DNA of 32,000 nt from Promethearchaeota archaeon (GTDB lineage: Archaea; Asgardarchaeota; Hermodarchaeia; Hermodarchaeales; Hermodarchaeaceae): assembly GCA_048938295.1 (NCBI GenBank), contig JBHLMI010000024.1, positions 11,725 to 43,724 of the forward strand. The letters run 5' to 3'. Positions 15,703 to 25,321 of this stretch are shown one piece after another. A model generated the notes under the pieces. The model saw nothing but the letters and a program-made list of their open reading frames with translations, made no database searches and had not been told where the DNA came from. Position 1 is the stretch's first letter. Every line of letters begins with the position of its first letter. The translations under genes and the position numbers were made by a program.

Positions 15703-16497
15703 ATGAAAGTTGCTGTTGCTGGAAAAGGCGGAACCGGAAAAACCCTTGTTGCCGGTACTCTTGCCCGGTTCCTTGGTCGCGAAAACATTCGAGTCCTCGC
15801 GGTTGACGCAGATCCGACCCCAACTCTTGCATCAACGCTTGGAATTCCAGCTGAGGTGGCAGCAAAAATCATTCCACTAACTGAAAATGATGAACTCGTT
15901 GAAGAACGAACTGGGATGGACAAGAAAACCTATGGTGCCATGTTCAAGCTCAACCCTCACGTTTCAGATCTTGCCGAGAAATTCGGAGTCCCTGGACCTG
16001 ACAATACTACCCTTCTTATCGCTGGAACAGTGACCATCGGGGGTTCAGGATGTATGTGTCCAGCTGGCGCCCTCCTCAAAGCGCTCATCCGTTATCTCAT
16101 TGTGGGCAGCGACGAAGCCTTTGTCATGGACCTTGAAGCGGGTATCGAAAACCTTGGTCGTGGAACCTCACGAGGGATGGATGCTCTGATTGTTGTCGTC
16201 GAACCAGGTAAAACCTCGATTAACACTCTCGAACGGATAAAGAAGCTCGCTAATGATATTGGCGTAGAAACAGTGTTTGCAGTAGGTAACAAGGTAATGG
16301 ATGAGACGGACCAAGAAGCCATCGAAAGTACCCTCAAAGCGATGGATGTTCCATTATTAACCGTCATTCCCTTTGACAAGGCCATTCGCCAAGCCAACCT
16401 AAAAGGTCAAGCCCCCATTGATTTTGCCCCCGATTCACCGGCAGTTCAATCCATCAAGGCTATGATTCCCAAACTTCGAAGCCGCTTAAATACTTAG
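15703..16497 (+). CDS. cooC: CooC/AcsF nickel-insertion ATPase for CODH/ACS maturation
   Basis: Deviant Walker A GKGGTGKT, VDADP, Ni-binding GSGCMCP, DLEAGIENLGRGT. Start placed at ATG 15703 behind a GGTG SD (the track uses GTG 15694). Confidence 0.92.
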   Translation: MKVAVAGKGGTGKTLVAGTLARFLGRENIRVLAVDADPTPTLASTLGIPAEVAAKIIPLTENDELVEERTGMDKKTYGAMFKLNPHVSDLAEKFGVPGPDNTTLLIAGTVTIGGSGCMCPAGALLKALIRYLIVGSDEAFVMDLEAGIENLGRGTSRGMDALIVVVEPGKTSINTLERIKKLANDIGVETVFAVGNKVMDETDQEAIESTLKAMDVPLLTVIPFDKAIRQANLKGQAPIDFAPDSPAVQSIKAMIPKLRSRLNT

Positions 16498-16518
16498 AGT
16501 ACCCACGCCAACAATAGG

Positions 16519-17145
16519 GTGATGGTAATTCAGCTTCAATTCCTTTTCCCATGGATATACCTAACCGTCCTGTTGCTGAGTCTTATTCTATTCTCTGTTC
16601 CCTATATTTACAGCCTCATGCCAGCCAAACTAGCGGAAAAACGTGGAGCCTCTATGTGGAAGTGGTGCAAGCTACTCCGCACTATTGGCACTGCCTTCAT
16701 GTTCATCGCGCTCCTTGTCATGGTGCTCTGGATTTGGTTTCCAATCCCAGCACTCGCCTGGCCTATCAATCCGAATCCCTGGGTGGATATCATTATCGGA
16801 GTCATTGTACTCATAATCCCAATCCCGATCTGGCGGAGAGGTCTTCGTGATGCCGGTTCCGAATGCTATGAACCCTCCAAGGACTCCCAGATGTTCGGTG
16901 GCATCTACAATCACATCCGCCACCCCCAAACCCTCGGTGAAATCAGCTGGTTCATCGCAGTACCTCTTATTGTCAATTCCCTTTTCCTGCTTGCCGTTAG
17001 CGGATTATTCCTTCTCATATACCTCCCAATCATGATCTATGTCGAAGAAGATGATCTAACTCGGCGATTTGGCGACGCCTATCGAGAATACCAAAAACGC
17101 ACAGGAGTCCTCTATCCTAAATTAAAAAAACCAAAGTCAACCTGA
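16519..17145 (+). CDS. Isoprenylcysteine carboxyl methyltransferase (ICMT/PEMT)-family membrane methyltransferase
   Basis: GGIYNHIRHPQTLGE and EEDDLTRRFGDAYREYQKRTG motifs; about 5 TM segments. Confidence 0.85.
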   Translation: MMVIQLQFLFPWIYLTVLLLSLILFSVPYIYSLMPAKLAEKRGASMWKWCKLLRTIGTAFMFIALLVMVLWIWFPIPALAWPINPNPWVDIIIGVIVLIIPIPIWRRGLRDAGSECYEPSKDSQMFGGIYNHIRHPQTLGEISWFIAVPLIVNSLFLLAVSGLFLLIYLPIMIYVEEDDLTRRFGDAYREYQKRTGVLYPKLKKPKST

Positions 17146-17146
17146 A

Positions 17147-17764
17147 TTGGGGATAATAATGTCAACAATAGCCTGGATAAACATCTTCATACTAAACCTT
17201 GTAACAATTCTCTGTTGGGTGTTCTACATCCGCAGTGTCCAACCGTATACGCGAGCGAAGAAATATGGTGAATCTGCCTGGAAAACCGCAAAACGAGACC
17301 GAATCATATCAGGCATCCTCATGAGTATCCTCACCTTCAATATAATACTGTGGCTCTGGTTTCCGATTCCAGAGTTCGCCTGGCCTGTTCATCCTAACTG
17401 GCTTGTAAGCATCATTATTGGCATTATTCTAGCCTGTATCTTCACGCCAATCTGGTTCAAGGGTATAAAGGATGCCGGGAAGGAAACCATGGAACCTTCC
17501 CCAACCACCGAATTGTATGGAGGAATTTACAACTATATCCGACACCCTCAGGTGGTCGGTGAAATGCCTTGGTTCATCATTATCCCCTTGTTCCTCAATT
17601 CGATGTTTCTTGTCATTTGGTCCACTATCATGATACTCATCGTCAGCCCCCTCATAATCTACTATGAAGAAAAGGATTTGATTGAACGGTTTGGAGATAG
17701 ATACCGGGAATATCGGCGGCGAACTGGTGCTGTATTTCCGAAGCTCATGAAACCGAAAGATTAA
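17147..17764 (+). CDS. ICMT/PEMT-family membrane methyltransferase (tandem paralog)
   Basis: GGIYNYIRHPQVVGE and EEKDLIERFGDRYREYRRRTG; shares WxWFPIPxxAWPxxPN with the preceding gene. Start uncertain (TTG 17147 or a later ATG). Confidence 0.85.
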   Translation: MGIIMSTIAWINIFILNLVTILCWVFYIRSVQPYTRAKKYGESAWKTAKRDRIISGILMSILTFNIILWLWFPIPEFAWPVHPNWLVSIIIGIILACIFTPIWFKGIKDAGKETMEPSPTTELYGGIYNYIRHPQVVGEMPWFIIIPLFLNSMFLVIWSTIMILIVSPLIIYYEEKDLIERFGDRYREYRRRTGAVFPKLMKPKD

Positions 17765-17830
17765 CGGATTTTCTAATCACCCAAAACTTTTCGTATCTAA
17801 TTATCCCAAGGGATAGGAAGGTGACTTTTA

Positions 17831-19024
17831 TTGAGGGCTATTGTGAACGCCACGATTTGGTGCCCTGTTCAAGGACTTATCGAAAATGGGTCAATTCTCT
17901 TTGACCGTGGGAAGATTATCGACGTGGGAAAATCCATTGCTATTCCCAGTAAAACCATAACCATTGATGCGGAAGGCCAATATGTAGTCCCAGGATTCGT
18001 GGAAGCCCATGCCCACCATGGGCTCTTCGATGGAACCATTGGCCCAATGGGACAAGATGGCAACGAAATGACAATGCCTACTACGCCGGAAATGCGTGGG
18101 AAAGACGGCTTCCACCCCTTCGAGAATTCCATTAAAGAAATTCTGAAAGGGGGCGTTACCACCGTAAACACCGGACCAGGTTCTGGCAATGTTATCTCTG
18201 GTGAAGCCTTTGTCTTCAAACCCCTTCTAGAAGCTATAGTGGAAGATATGATTGTCATGTCCCCATCTGGGCTCAAAGTTGCACTCGGTGAAAATCCCAA
18301 ACGTATCCACGGCATTGAGAATAAACGGATGCCTATGACCCGAATGGGAATCGCTGCCCTGCTCCGCAAAACGTTCACTGATGGTCAGAACTATTTAGAT
18401 GAATGGAAGGCTTTCGGAGCTAAAGCAAAAGAATCGAAAGAGAAAGGCGAAGTTATCCCCAACCCACCAAAACGAGACCTAGGGCTAGAAACCATCGCTA
18501 AGGTCCTAAAGCGCGAAATCCCTCTGCATGCCCACTGTCACCGCGCCGATGACATTGCCACCGCGATCCGTATCGCTGAAGAATTCAATCTCCGACTGGT
18601 GCTCATCCATTGCACTGAGGGTCATAAGATAACGAAATTCCTTGCGAAGAAACAATATCCTGCTGTCATTGGCCCAACCATCTTTTGGACGAGTAAACCA
18701 GAGGTCAAGGAAAAGGGATTCAAGACAGCAGTAATCCTGAATGATGCTGGCATTAAAGTTGCCTTACAAACGGATTCGTTGACGCCAATGTTCTATTTTC
18801 CCTTGCTACCCATGTACGCTATTAAGGAGGGCATGAGTCGAGAGGATGCCCTCAGATGCGTGACCCTGAATCCTGCAGAAATCCTCAGTTTACAGGATCG
18901 CATCGGCTCTTTTGAGCCAGGCAAGGATGCAGACATTATCATCTGGTCCGGGGATCCCTTCGATTTCTATAGCGAAGTAACTGAAGCGTATATCAATGGA
19001 ACTAAGGTTCCCTTGGACAAATAG
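17831..19024 (+). CDS. Metal-dependent amidohydrolase (imidazolonepropionase-like subgroup)
   Basis: PGFVEAHAH HxH motif, GGVTT, ALGENPK, HCHRADDI, IHCTEG, QTDS, NPAEILSLQDRIGSFEPGKDADIIIWSGDP; GGTGA SD before the TTG start. Confidence 0.9.
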   Translation: MRAIVNATIWCPVQGLIENGSILFDRGKIIDVGKSIAIPSKTITIDAEGQYVVPGFVEAHAHHGLFDGTIGPMGQDGNEMTMPTTPEMRGKDGFHPFENSIKEILKGGVTTVNTGPGSGNVISGEAFVFKPLLEAIVEDMIVMSPSGLKVALGENPKRIHGIENKRMPMTRMGIAALLRKTFTDGQNYLDEWKAFGAKAKESKEKGEVIPNPPKRDLGLETIAKVLKREIPLHAHCHRADDIATAIRIAEEFNLRLVLIHCTEGHKITKFLAKKQYPAVIGPTIFWTSKPEVKEKGFKTAVILNDAGIKVALQTDSLTPMFYFPLLPMYAIKEGMSREDALRCVTLNPAEILSLQDRIGSFEPGKDADIIIWSGDPFDFYSEVTEAYINGTKVPLDK

Positions 19025-19086
19025 GCTATTTCATTAATGTCACAAATAATTAGCTACTAGGCATGTAAAAAAAGGAGAGAGGCTGG

Positions 19087-19370
19087 TTAGTTGATCTTGA
19101 CTTCGACCGTCTTGATTGCCTCTCGGAATGGAAGCGTAATATTGAAGAAGCCATCCTTGTAATGCGCGGACGTCTTATTTACGTCGATGGTATGGGCGAG
19201 ATGGTAACACGTCGAATACTCAACGGCAGCCCTTCTGTCCGTTGTGCACAACTGTGTTGGGTGGCCTGAACCTCTACATCTTTTTTGTCCACGCCGGGGA
19301 GGCCAGCCTTTGTTCTATTGGAAAGAAAGAGATTGTAATATCAATCAATACAAGTATCGCGAATTTCCAA
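19087..19370 (-). pseudogene. Hsp20/alpha-crystallin small heat-shock protein, frameshifted with an upstream in-frame stop
   Basis: Frame A reads ...TCID*YYNLFLSNRTKAGLPGVDKKDVEVQATQHS. A one-base shift near 19250 continues as LCTTDRRAAVEYSTCYHLAHTIDVNKTSAHYKDGFFNITLPFREAIKTVEVKIN* (TAA 19087-19089), followed by a poly-T run on the minus strand. The 5' boundary is approximate. Confidence 0.6.
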
Positions 19371-19569
19371 CCGTTGCGCAAATCACCTATAACCCCAAGA
19401 GTAACCGGTTGTTTACTAATTGCGGTGATATAAATTAAATTAGACAGCCCCCCGGTTAACACTGTTATCGGAAAACCTTGCAGAAGCATCAAAACTTAAA
19501 GGATATACTGCTACTATTTGCTTACTATTTCACCTTCTAAATGCGCGCAGAGTTAAGGTTGATTATACA

Positions 19570-21927
19570 TTGACAGAACAAAAACGAGCACGAATTAAAG
19601 CCGATAAACTCGACACTGGATTCGGATCTTTCCGGAATGTCGAAGTGACTATCGGCAGAGTCGTCGACGAAGACTGGGACGAACCTATGGGACCGACTCC
19701 TATGCCTAGTGTTATCACGCTTCGCGACTGGGACCATAAACTCCTCACCCGCTACGAACCCTCCTATATGCCAGCATGCCAGCTATGCTGCCTTTGCACT
19801 TTTGGGAAATGTGACCTGACGGGTGGAAAACGTGGAGCGTGTGGTCTAGATATTAAAGCACAGTCAGCACGTATTGTGTTGGCCGCTGCGAACATCGGGT
19901 GTGCTGCACATCTAGCGCACTCCCGGCATCTTGTCGATCACTTGATTCACGAATTCGGTCCTCGTTATCCACTTACACAAGGCGAAGGTGTGGAGATTGA
20001 AGCACCAGTTTCTCGCTTGGTTACTGGTATTCGTCCACGAACACTTGAGGATGCATCTGCAATTCTAGATTACTGCGAAACCCAGTTGACCCATACCCTT
20101 TCAGCGGTTCATACTGGACAAGAAGGGAGCTGGATAGATTTTGAATCCAAGGCCTTCCACGCGGGTATGGTCGATCAAGTGGGAATGGAAATTGCAGATC
20201 TGGTTCAAATTTCGACATTGGGCTTTCCTCAAGCTGATCCTGAAGCCCCCTTAGTTGAAGCGGGTATGGCATCGATGGACCAATCAAAAGCAAATATCCT
20301 ATGTATTGGGCACAATGTGATACCTGCAGCTGCAATTACTGATTATGCCATGGAACATGGTCTCCAAGACAAAGTTGATGTCAGTGGAATCTGTTGCACA
20401 GCGTGGGATATCACTCGATATGATTCAAAGGCAAAGATTGTTGGTCCAATTTCCTGGCAACTACGCTTTGTCCGCAGCGGCCTTGCAGACGTTGTTGTAG
20501 TGGATGAACAATGTATTCGTACTGACATTCCCGATCATGCGAAGAAGGTCAATACACCAGTAATTGCGACCTGTGATAAATCTTGTATGGGTTTACCTGA
20601 TCGAACCAATGATGATGTCGATGACATTGTTGCAGATCTTGTTTCCTTCAAGGTTCCGGGTGTGTTTATTGGTGATCACCGTAAAGTGGGCGAGGTTGTT
20701 GTGAAAACAGCTCTTGCCGTGAAACCAAAGCGGAAAGGCAAGCATTCTTTACCAAGTAAGAAGAAGATCCAAGAACTCGCTCAAGCCTGCCGTCAGTGTT
20801 CGGAATGCCGACGTGCCTGCCCCAATGACCAACCAGTCATGGAAGCAGTACTTGCGGCCCAAGAAGGCGATTTTGGACCATTGGCAGATGTCTACGATGA
20901 ATGTATAGGCTGCGCTCGATGCGAATCCGCCTGTCCAAACGACTATGAACTGCACAGCTGGATGGTATCTGCCGCAAAAGACAAATGGATGCAAGAAAGT
21001 TTCAAAGTTCGAACAGGTCGAGGAGCTATCAAGGACACTGAAATCCGGTCAGTCGGACAGCCAGTCGTCTTTGGTGAAATTCCAGGCGTTATTGCCCATG
21101 TTGGATGTGCAAATTACCCCGATGGGGGACGAGCTATCCACGACATGTGCGAAGAATTCGCTCAACGACGTTTTATCATTGTTTTGTCTGGATGCGCTGC
21201 CATGACAGTAGGCACTATAAAAGATGAGGAAGGCAAGAGTATATATGAGAGACGCCCAGGCTATTTCGATGCCGGCGGTGTCTTGAATGTGGGATCTTGT
21301 GTCGCAAACCCACACATCGCAGGCGCAGCCATCAAAATCGCCAGCATTTTTGCTAAGCGCAATCTTCGAGGAAACTACGAAGAAATCGCCGATTATATCC
21401 ACAATCGTGTTGGAGCTGTCGGAATTTCATGGGGTGCGATGTCACAGAAAGCAGCCTCCATCGCTGCTGGATTCTGGCGACTAGGTGTTCCCGTTATAGT
21501 TGGTCCCCACGGCACCAAATACCGCCGGATGCTCTTAGGGCGTTCTGACAAACCGAAAGACTGGATGGTATATGATGCCCGAACTGGAAATCAAGTTGAA
21601 GTCGCACCGGGTCCTGAACATCTCTTCTATGCAGTCGAGAACATGGAAGAATGCATGGTATTGACAGCAAAACTAGCTATCAGACCTAACGATACCAGTA
21701 AAGGCCGGGCAATCAAACTCAGCCACTATATCGATTTACATGAACGGTATAAGGGCTACTTCCCTGACGACGTATACAGATATATCCGCCGGGAAACTGA
21801 TATCCCTATCACACTCAAAGACAAAATCCTTACGCAAATGAAGGAGAACAAATGGAAAGAACGCCCAATCCCTGACCCAACCCTGTTGAAACGAATGGTA
21901 TATGGTGGCAAAGGAGGTGGCGAATGA
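19570..21927 (+). CDS. cdhA: CODH/acetyl-CoA decarbonylase-synthase alpha subunit (archaeal Ni-CODH)
   Basis: CQLCCLCTFGKCDL..GACG; C-cluster ligand motifs GHN, GICCT, DEQC, GCAN, SGCAA and GSCV; extra clusters CRQCSECRRACP and CIGCARCESACP. Confidence 0.98.
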   Translation: MTEQKRARIKADKLDTGFGSFRNVEVTIGRVVDEDWDEPMGPTPMPSVITLRDWDHKLLTRYEPSYMPACQLCCLCTFGKCDLTGGKRGACGLDIKAQSARIVLAAANIGCAAHLAHSRHLVDHLIHEFGPRYPLTQGEGVEIEAPVSRLVTGIRPRTLEDASAILDYCETQLTHTLSAVHTGQEGSWIDFESKAFHAGMVDQVGMEIADLVQISTLGFPQADPEAPLVEAGMASMDQSKANILCIGHNVIPAAAITDYAMEHGLQDKVDVSGICCTAWDITRYDSKAKIVGPISWQLRFVRSGLADVVVVDEQCIRTDIPDHAKKVNTPVIATCDKSCMGLPDRTNDDVDDIVADLVSFKVPGVFIGDHRKVGEVVVKTALAVKPKRKGKHSLPSKKKIQELAQACRQCSECRRACPNDQPVMEAVLAAQEGDFGPLADVYDECIGCARCESACPNDYELHSWMVSAAKDKWMQESFKVRTGRGAIKDTEIRSVGQPVVFGEIPGVIAHVGCANYPDGGRAIHDMCEEFAQRRFIIVLSGCAAMTVGTIKDEEGKSIYERRPGYFDAGGVLNVGSCVANPHIAGAAIKIASIFAKRNLRGNYEEIADYIHNRVGAVGISWGAMSQKAASIAAGFWRLGVPVIVGPHGTKYRRMLLGRSDKPKDWMVYDARTGNQVEVAPGPEHLFYAVENMEECMVLTAKLAIRPNDTSKGRAIKLSHYIDLHERYKGYFPDDVYRYIRRETDIPITLKDKILTQMKENKWKERPIPDPTLLKRMVYGGKGGGE

Positions 21928-22475
21928 AAATGATGTCAGCTGAACCCTGGCAAACCGCGGAAGTGTGCGGACCCACAAAAGCCCAAGAACTAAAGAAACC
22001 CGCTGTTGTTGGAGCCCTAATGAAAAAAGCCAAACACCCCCTCATGGTGATTGGAGCTCAAGCACTCACCGAAAAGGCACAGAAAATGTCCATGATCGAC
22101 TATTTCATTGAATTTTCCACTGCCACAAATATTCCAATTGTCGCCACAGCGAATACAATTAAAGCATTCAAAGAGAAAGGCTTTGATAACGTCTACTCCT
22201 TTGGAGCTATGGAAATCATAGGACGACTCCAAGACCCCGAGTGGATGGTTGCCCCGAAGAAAGGTCCTCATGATCTCGTCATGACCTTTGGATTTCCCTA
22301 CTATATGGAATGGCTCATGTTATCTGCGCTCATTAACTTCGCTCCCCAAATCAAGACCGTGACCCTTGGTCGATATTTTCAACCTCACGCAACATGGAGC
22401 TTTCCAAACCTAAAGAAACAAAAATGGAATGAAGCACTCAAAGAAATTCTAACCGCGGCAGGAGGCGCTAAGTAA
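21924..22475 (+). CDS. cdhB: ACDS epsilon subunit
   Basis: AEPWQTAEVCGP, KKAKHPLMVIG, GPHDLVMTFGFPYY, TLGRYFQPHATWSFPN; ATGA overlap with cdhA. Confidence 0.95.
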   Translation: MKMMSAEPWQTAEVCGPTKAQELKKPAVVGALMKKAKHPLMVIGAQALTEKAQKMSMIDYFIEFSTATNIPIVATANTIKAFKEKGFDNVYSFGAMEIIGRLQDPEWMVAPKKGPHDLVMTFGFPYYMEWLMLSALINFAPQIKTVTLGRYFQPHATWSFPNLKKQKWNEALKEILTAAGGAK

Positions 22476-23906
22476 ATGTCATTTGAAGACTTACCAGTTG
22501 CAGTCGGTGTCGTATACGAAGGCGAACGAATTCGGAAAGCCGATATGCAAGTCGAACTTGGTGGACCAAAAATCGATAAAAAATTCGAGTTGGTTCTTAC
22601 CAGAAAGCTGAATGAAATCGAAGATGGCAAAGTTCAAATCATCGGTCCTGACCTCAAAGATCTCGAGGAAGGCGGCAGCCATCCCTTCGGAATTCTCATC
22701 GAAGTCGCTGGCAAAGAGATTGAAAAGGACCTTGAAGGCGTCATTGAACGACATATCCACGAGTATACCAACTTCGTCGAAGGAACAATGCACCTCAATC
22801 AGCGTTACGATATCTGGATTCGTATAAGCAAGAAAACATTCCAGAAAGGCTTCAATTCATTTATGATTCTTGGTCAAGTCTACGAACGCTTATACAAATC
22901 AGAATTACCTATCATCGAAAAAATCCAAGTCACCTTCTACACTGACCCAGCTAAAATAGATGAAATCTATGATACTGCCATCACAACGTATAATGCTCGC
23001 GATGAACGCACCCGAGGCCTCAAAGACGATGAAGTCGACGTCTTTTATGGTTGCACCCTTTGTCAATCGTTTAGCCCCACTCATATGTGCTGTATCACAC
23101 CACAACGATACGCTAACTGTGGTGCGATTAGCTGGTTTGATGGTCGGGCTGCTGCCCGAATCGATCCCAAGGGTCCACTTTTCGCGATTGATAAAGGCGA
23201 AACAATTGATGCAGAGAAGGGAATTTATTCAGGTGTTAATCAAGCCTACAAAGAGAAAACTCTTGGCGCAGTGACAGACGTTATTTTATACACGGCTTTT
23301 GACAACCCCCATACAAGTTGTGGATGCTTTGAAGCTATCGCTTTCATTATCCCTGAAGTTGATGGTCTTGGAATCGTCCATCGAGATTACAAAGGTGCGG
23401 CAGTGAATGGACTTCCTTTTTCCACCATGGCTGATTCTACCGCAGGAGGACGACAAATTCCTGGATTCCATGGATTATCAATCGAATATCTTCGATCACC
23501 AAAATTCTTAACCGTCGATGGAAGCTGGGAACGAATCGTCTGGATACCCAAAGCCATTAAGGATCGGGTCTATGATTTCATGCCAGAAAATATCCGTGAC
23601 ATCATTCCTACAGAAAATGACGTCACAAACATTGACGAACTGAAAACCTACCTCAAAGATCATAACCATCCAATCGTTCATCGGTGGGTCGAAACTGGAG
23701 CCGCTGCACGATTGGAAGAAGAAGAACGTCTAGAAGAGGTCACTCATAGCAGCCAATCAGCTCAGCCCTTCATGATGCCAGGTCAAATGATGACTACAAT
23801 GCCTGCATCAGGCGGAGCGCCAGGTTTCCAGATTATCTTCAAGAACGCGAAGATCTACGCTGAGAAGGTCATTATCAAACGCCTGGATGAGAAGGGTAAA
23901 AAATAG
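22476..23906 (+). CDS. cdhC: Acetyl-CoA synthase, ACDS beta subunit
   Basis: YEGERIRK, FYGCTLCQSFSPTHMC, RYANCGAISW and A-cluster HTSCGCFE. Confidence 0.98.
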   Translation: MSFEDLPVAVGVVYEGERIRKADMQVELGGPKIDKKFELVLTRKLNEIEDGKVQIIGPDLKDLEEGGSHPFGILIEVAGKEIEKDLEGVIERHIHEYTNFVEGTMHLNQRYDIWIRISKKTFQKGFNSFMILGQVYERLYKSELPIIEKIQVTFYTDPAKIDEIYDTAITTYNARDERTRGLKDDEVDVFYGCTLCQSFSPTHMCCITPQRYANCGAISWFDGRAAARIDPKGPLFAIDKGETIDAEKGIYSGVNQAYKEKTLGAVTDVILYTAFDNPHTSCGCFEAIAFIIPEVDGLGIVHRDYKGAAVNGLPFSTMADSTAGGRQIPGFHGLSIEYLRSPKFLTVDGSWERIVWIPKAIKDRVYDFMPENIRDIIPTENDVTNIDELKTYLKDHNHPIVHRWVETGAAARLEEEERLEEVTHSSQSAQPFMMPGQMMTTMPASGGAPGFQIIFKNAKIYAEKVIIKRLDEKGKK

Positions 23907-23921
23907 TTGAGGCGATGAACT

Positions 23922-25274
23922 ATGTCGCCTGAAAAGAAGAAAGGCAAAAGCGAACTTACTTTATCCACCGACAACCCAGAACTGGGTATCCTTGGACCGC
24001 TGGAAGCGATTTTCGGCAAGTTCGAGGAGCTTGAACTCGAAGAAATGACCATCGACGTGGATGAACTCGAGGTTATTGTGCCACCGGGCGCTGGTGGAGG
24101 TGTGTCGGATCAAGCCCGGCAATTCCTCGCCCAGAACGCCTTCGCTGTCCAACAGTTCGCCCAACAAATGCTATCCGCCCTGGGAGTACAACTGCAAAAC
24201 ACAGCTAGTCAAGTTACCATTCCTACCCCGGGACTCTCTATACCAAAGCGCCCCACGCAGCTCTTGAAAGCCCAATTCAAGGCACCCCTATCTGAGTACT
24301 CTGGCCAAATTCGTGAAATCACATTAGGCGCTACTAAAGGCCAAGGGGGTTCACGAAGTAAAACCATCACAGTCGGCGGACACAAAGCTCCAGCTTGGAA
24401 CCTTTTCCAAGCGCCTCCGAAACATCCACCAGTCGTTGCTGCTGACGTCTTTGATATGCGTATCAAACTCGCCAAAGCAGTTCGCATCCACTACGATGAT
24501 GTGATGGATGATCCCGTCGCTTGGGCCCGTTTAGCTATTGATAAATTTGGCGCGGACTTCATTACCTACCACATGATCAGCACCGATCCTCTCCTCGAGA
24601 ATACAAGTGCAAAAGAAGCGATGAAAGGCTTTGAAAACATTCTCCAGAATGTGAAAGTCCCCATCATCGTTGGCGGTTCTGGAGATCCTGCAAAGGACGC
24701 GGAGCTACTTGCGCTGGCGGCTCAAGTCGCGGAAGGTGAACGGGTGCTCCTCGCTTCGGCTACTGTTGATATGTGGGAACCGATCGCCAAAGCCGCGAAA
24801 GCCCATAATCAAATCGTGTTGTCATGGACGAGTATAGATATCAATCAACAAAAGGAGCTCAACCGTCGTCTCCTTGACTATGTCACCCCTGATCAAATCC
24901 TAATTGATCCTACTACAGCAGCACTTGGTTATGGTGCTGAGTATAGTTTTACAATCATGCAACGGATGCGACTAGCTGGATTAATGGGTGATTCTGAGTT
25001 ACAGTTCCCCTTGAGCAGTGGCACCACCAATGCATGGGCAGCACGGGAAGCCTGGATGAAAAATCCAGAACTGGGTCCACGTGAACTACGCGGACCCATC
25101 TGGGAAAGCACCACGGCCCTCATGTTCCTCTTAGCGGGTGTTGATGTCTTTATGATGATGCACCCCGCTGCCATTAAAACTGTCCATGATTTGATCTCTT
25201 GGCTCAGCACTCGGATCGACCGGAAGCGCGAAGACTTTGTTGATTGGACAAAACTCTCGCTACCCGCGAATTAA
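23922..25274 (+). CDS. cdhD: Corrinoid iron-sulfur protein small subunit (ACDS delta)
   Basis: LGATKGQGGSR..ITVGG, DVFD, GGSGDPAKD, IDINQQKELNR, IDPTTAALGYGAEYS, AWAAREAW, MMMHP; long N-terminal extension. Confidence 0.95.
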   Translation: MSPEKKKGKSELTLSTDNPELGILGPLEAIFGKFEELELEEMTIDVDELEVIVPPGAGGGVSDQARQFLAQNAFAVQQFAQQMLSALGVQLQNTASQVTIPTPGLSIPKRPTQLLKAQFKAPLSEYSGQIREITLGATKGQGGSRSKTITVGGHKAPAWNLFQAPPKHPPVVAADVFDMRIKLAKAVRIHYDDVMDDPVAWARLAIDKFGADFITYHMISTDPLLENTSAKEAMKGFENILQNVKVPIIVGGSGDPAKDAELLALAAQVAEGERVLLASATVDMWEPIAKAAKAHNQIVLSWTSIDINQQKELNRRLLDYVTPDQILIDPTTAALGYGAEYSFTIMQRMRLAGLMGDSELQFPLSSGTTNAWAAREAWMKNPELGPRELRGPIWESTTALMFLLAGVDVFMMMHPAAIKTVHDLISWLSTRIDRKREDFVDWTKLSLPAN

Positions 25275-25321
25275 ATCAGCAATTCGATTAGACCTTTCCA
25301 AAGCAGCGAACAAATACTCTA

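Noticed and set aside
17831-19024. Amidohydrolase as the missing FwdA
   Set aside because: FwdA is an amidohydrolase-fold protein, but it is much longer (~570 aa) with different motifs. This 397-aa protein has the ALGENPK/HCHRADDI signature of a separate widespread subgroup.
19274-19492. 72-aa minus-strand ORF upstream of cdhA as a real gene
   Set aside because: No recognisable product; the Hsp20-like signal lies in the other two frames.
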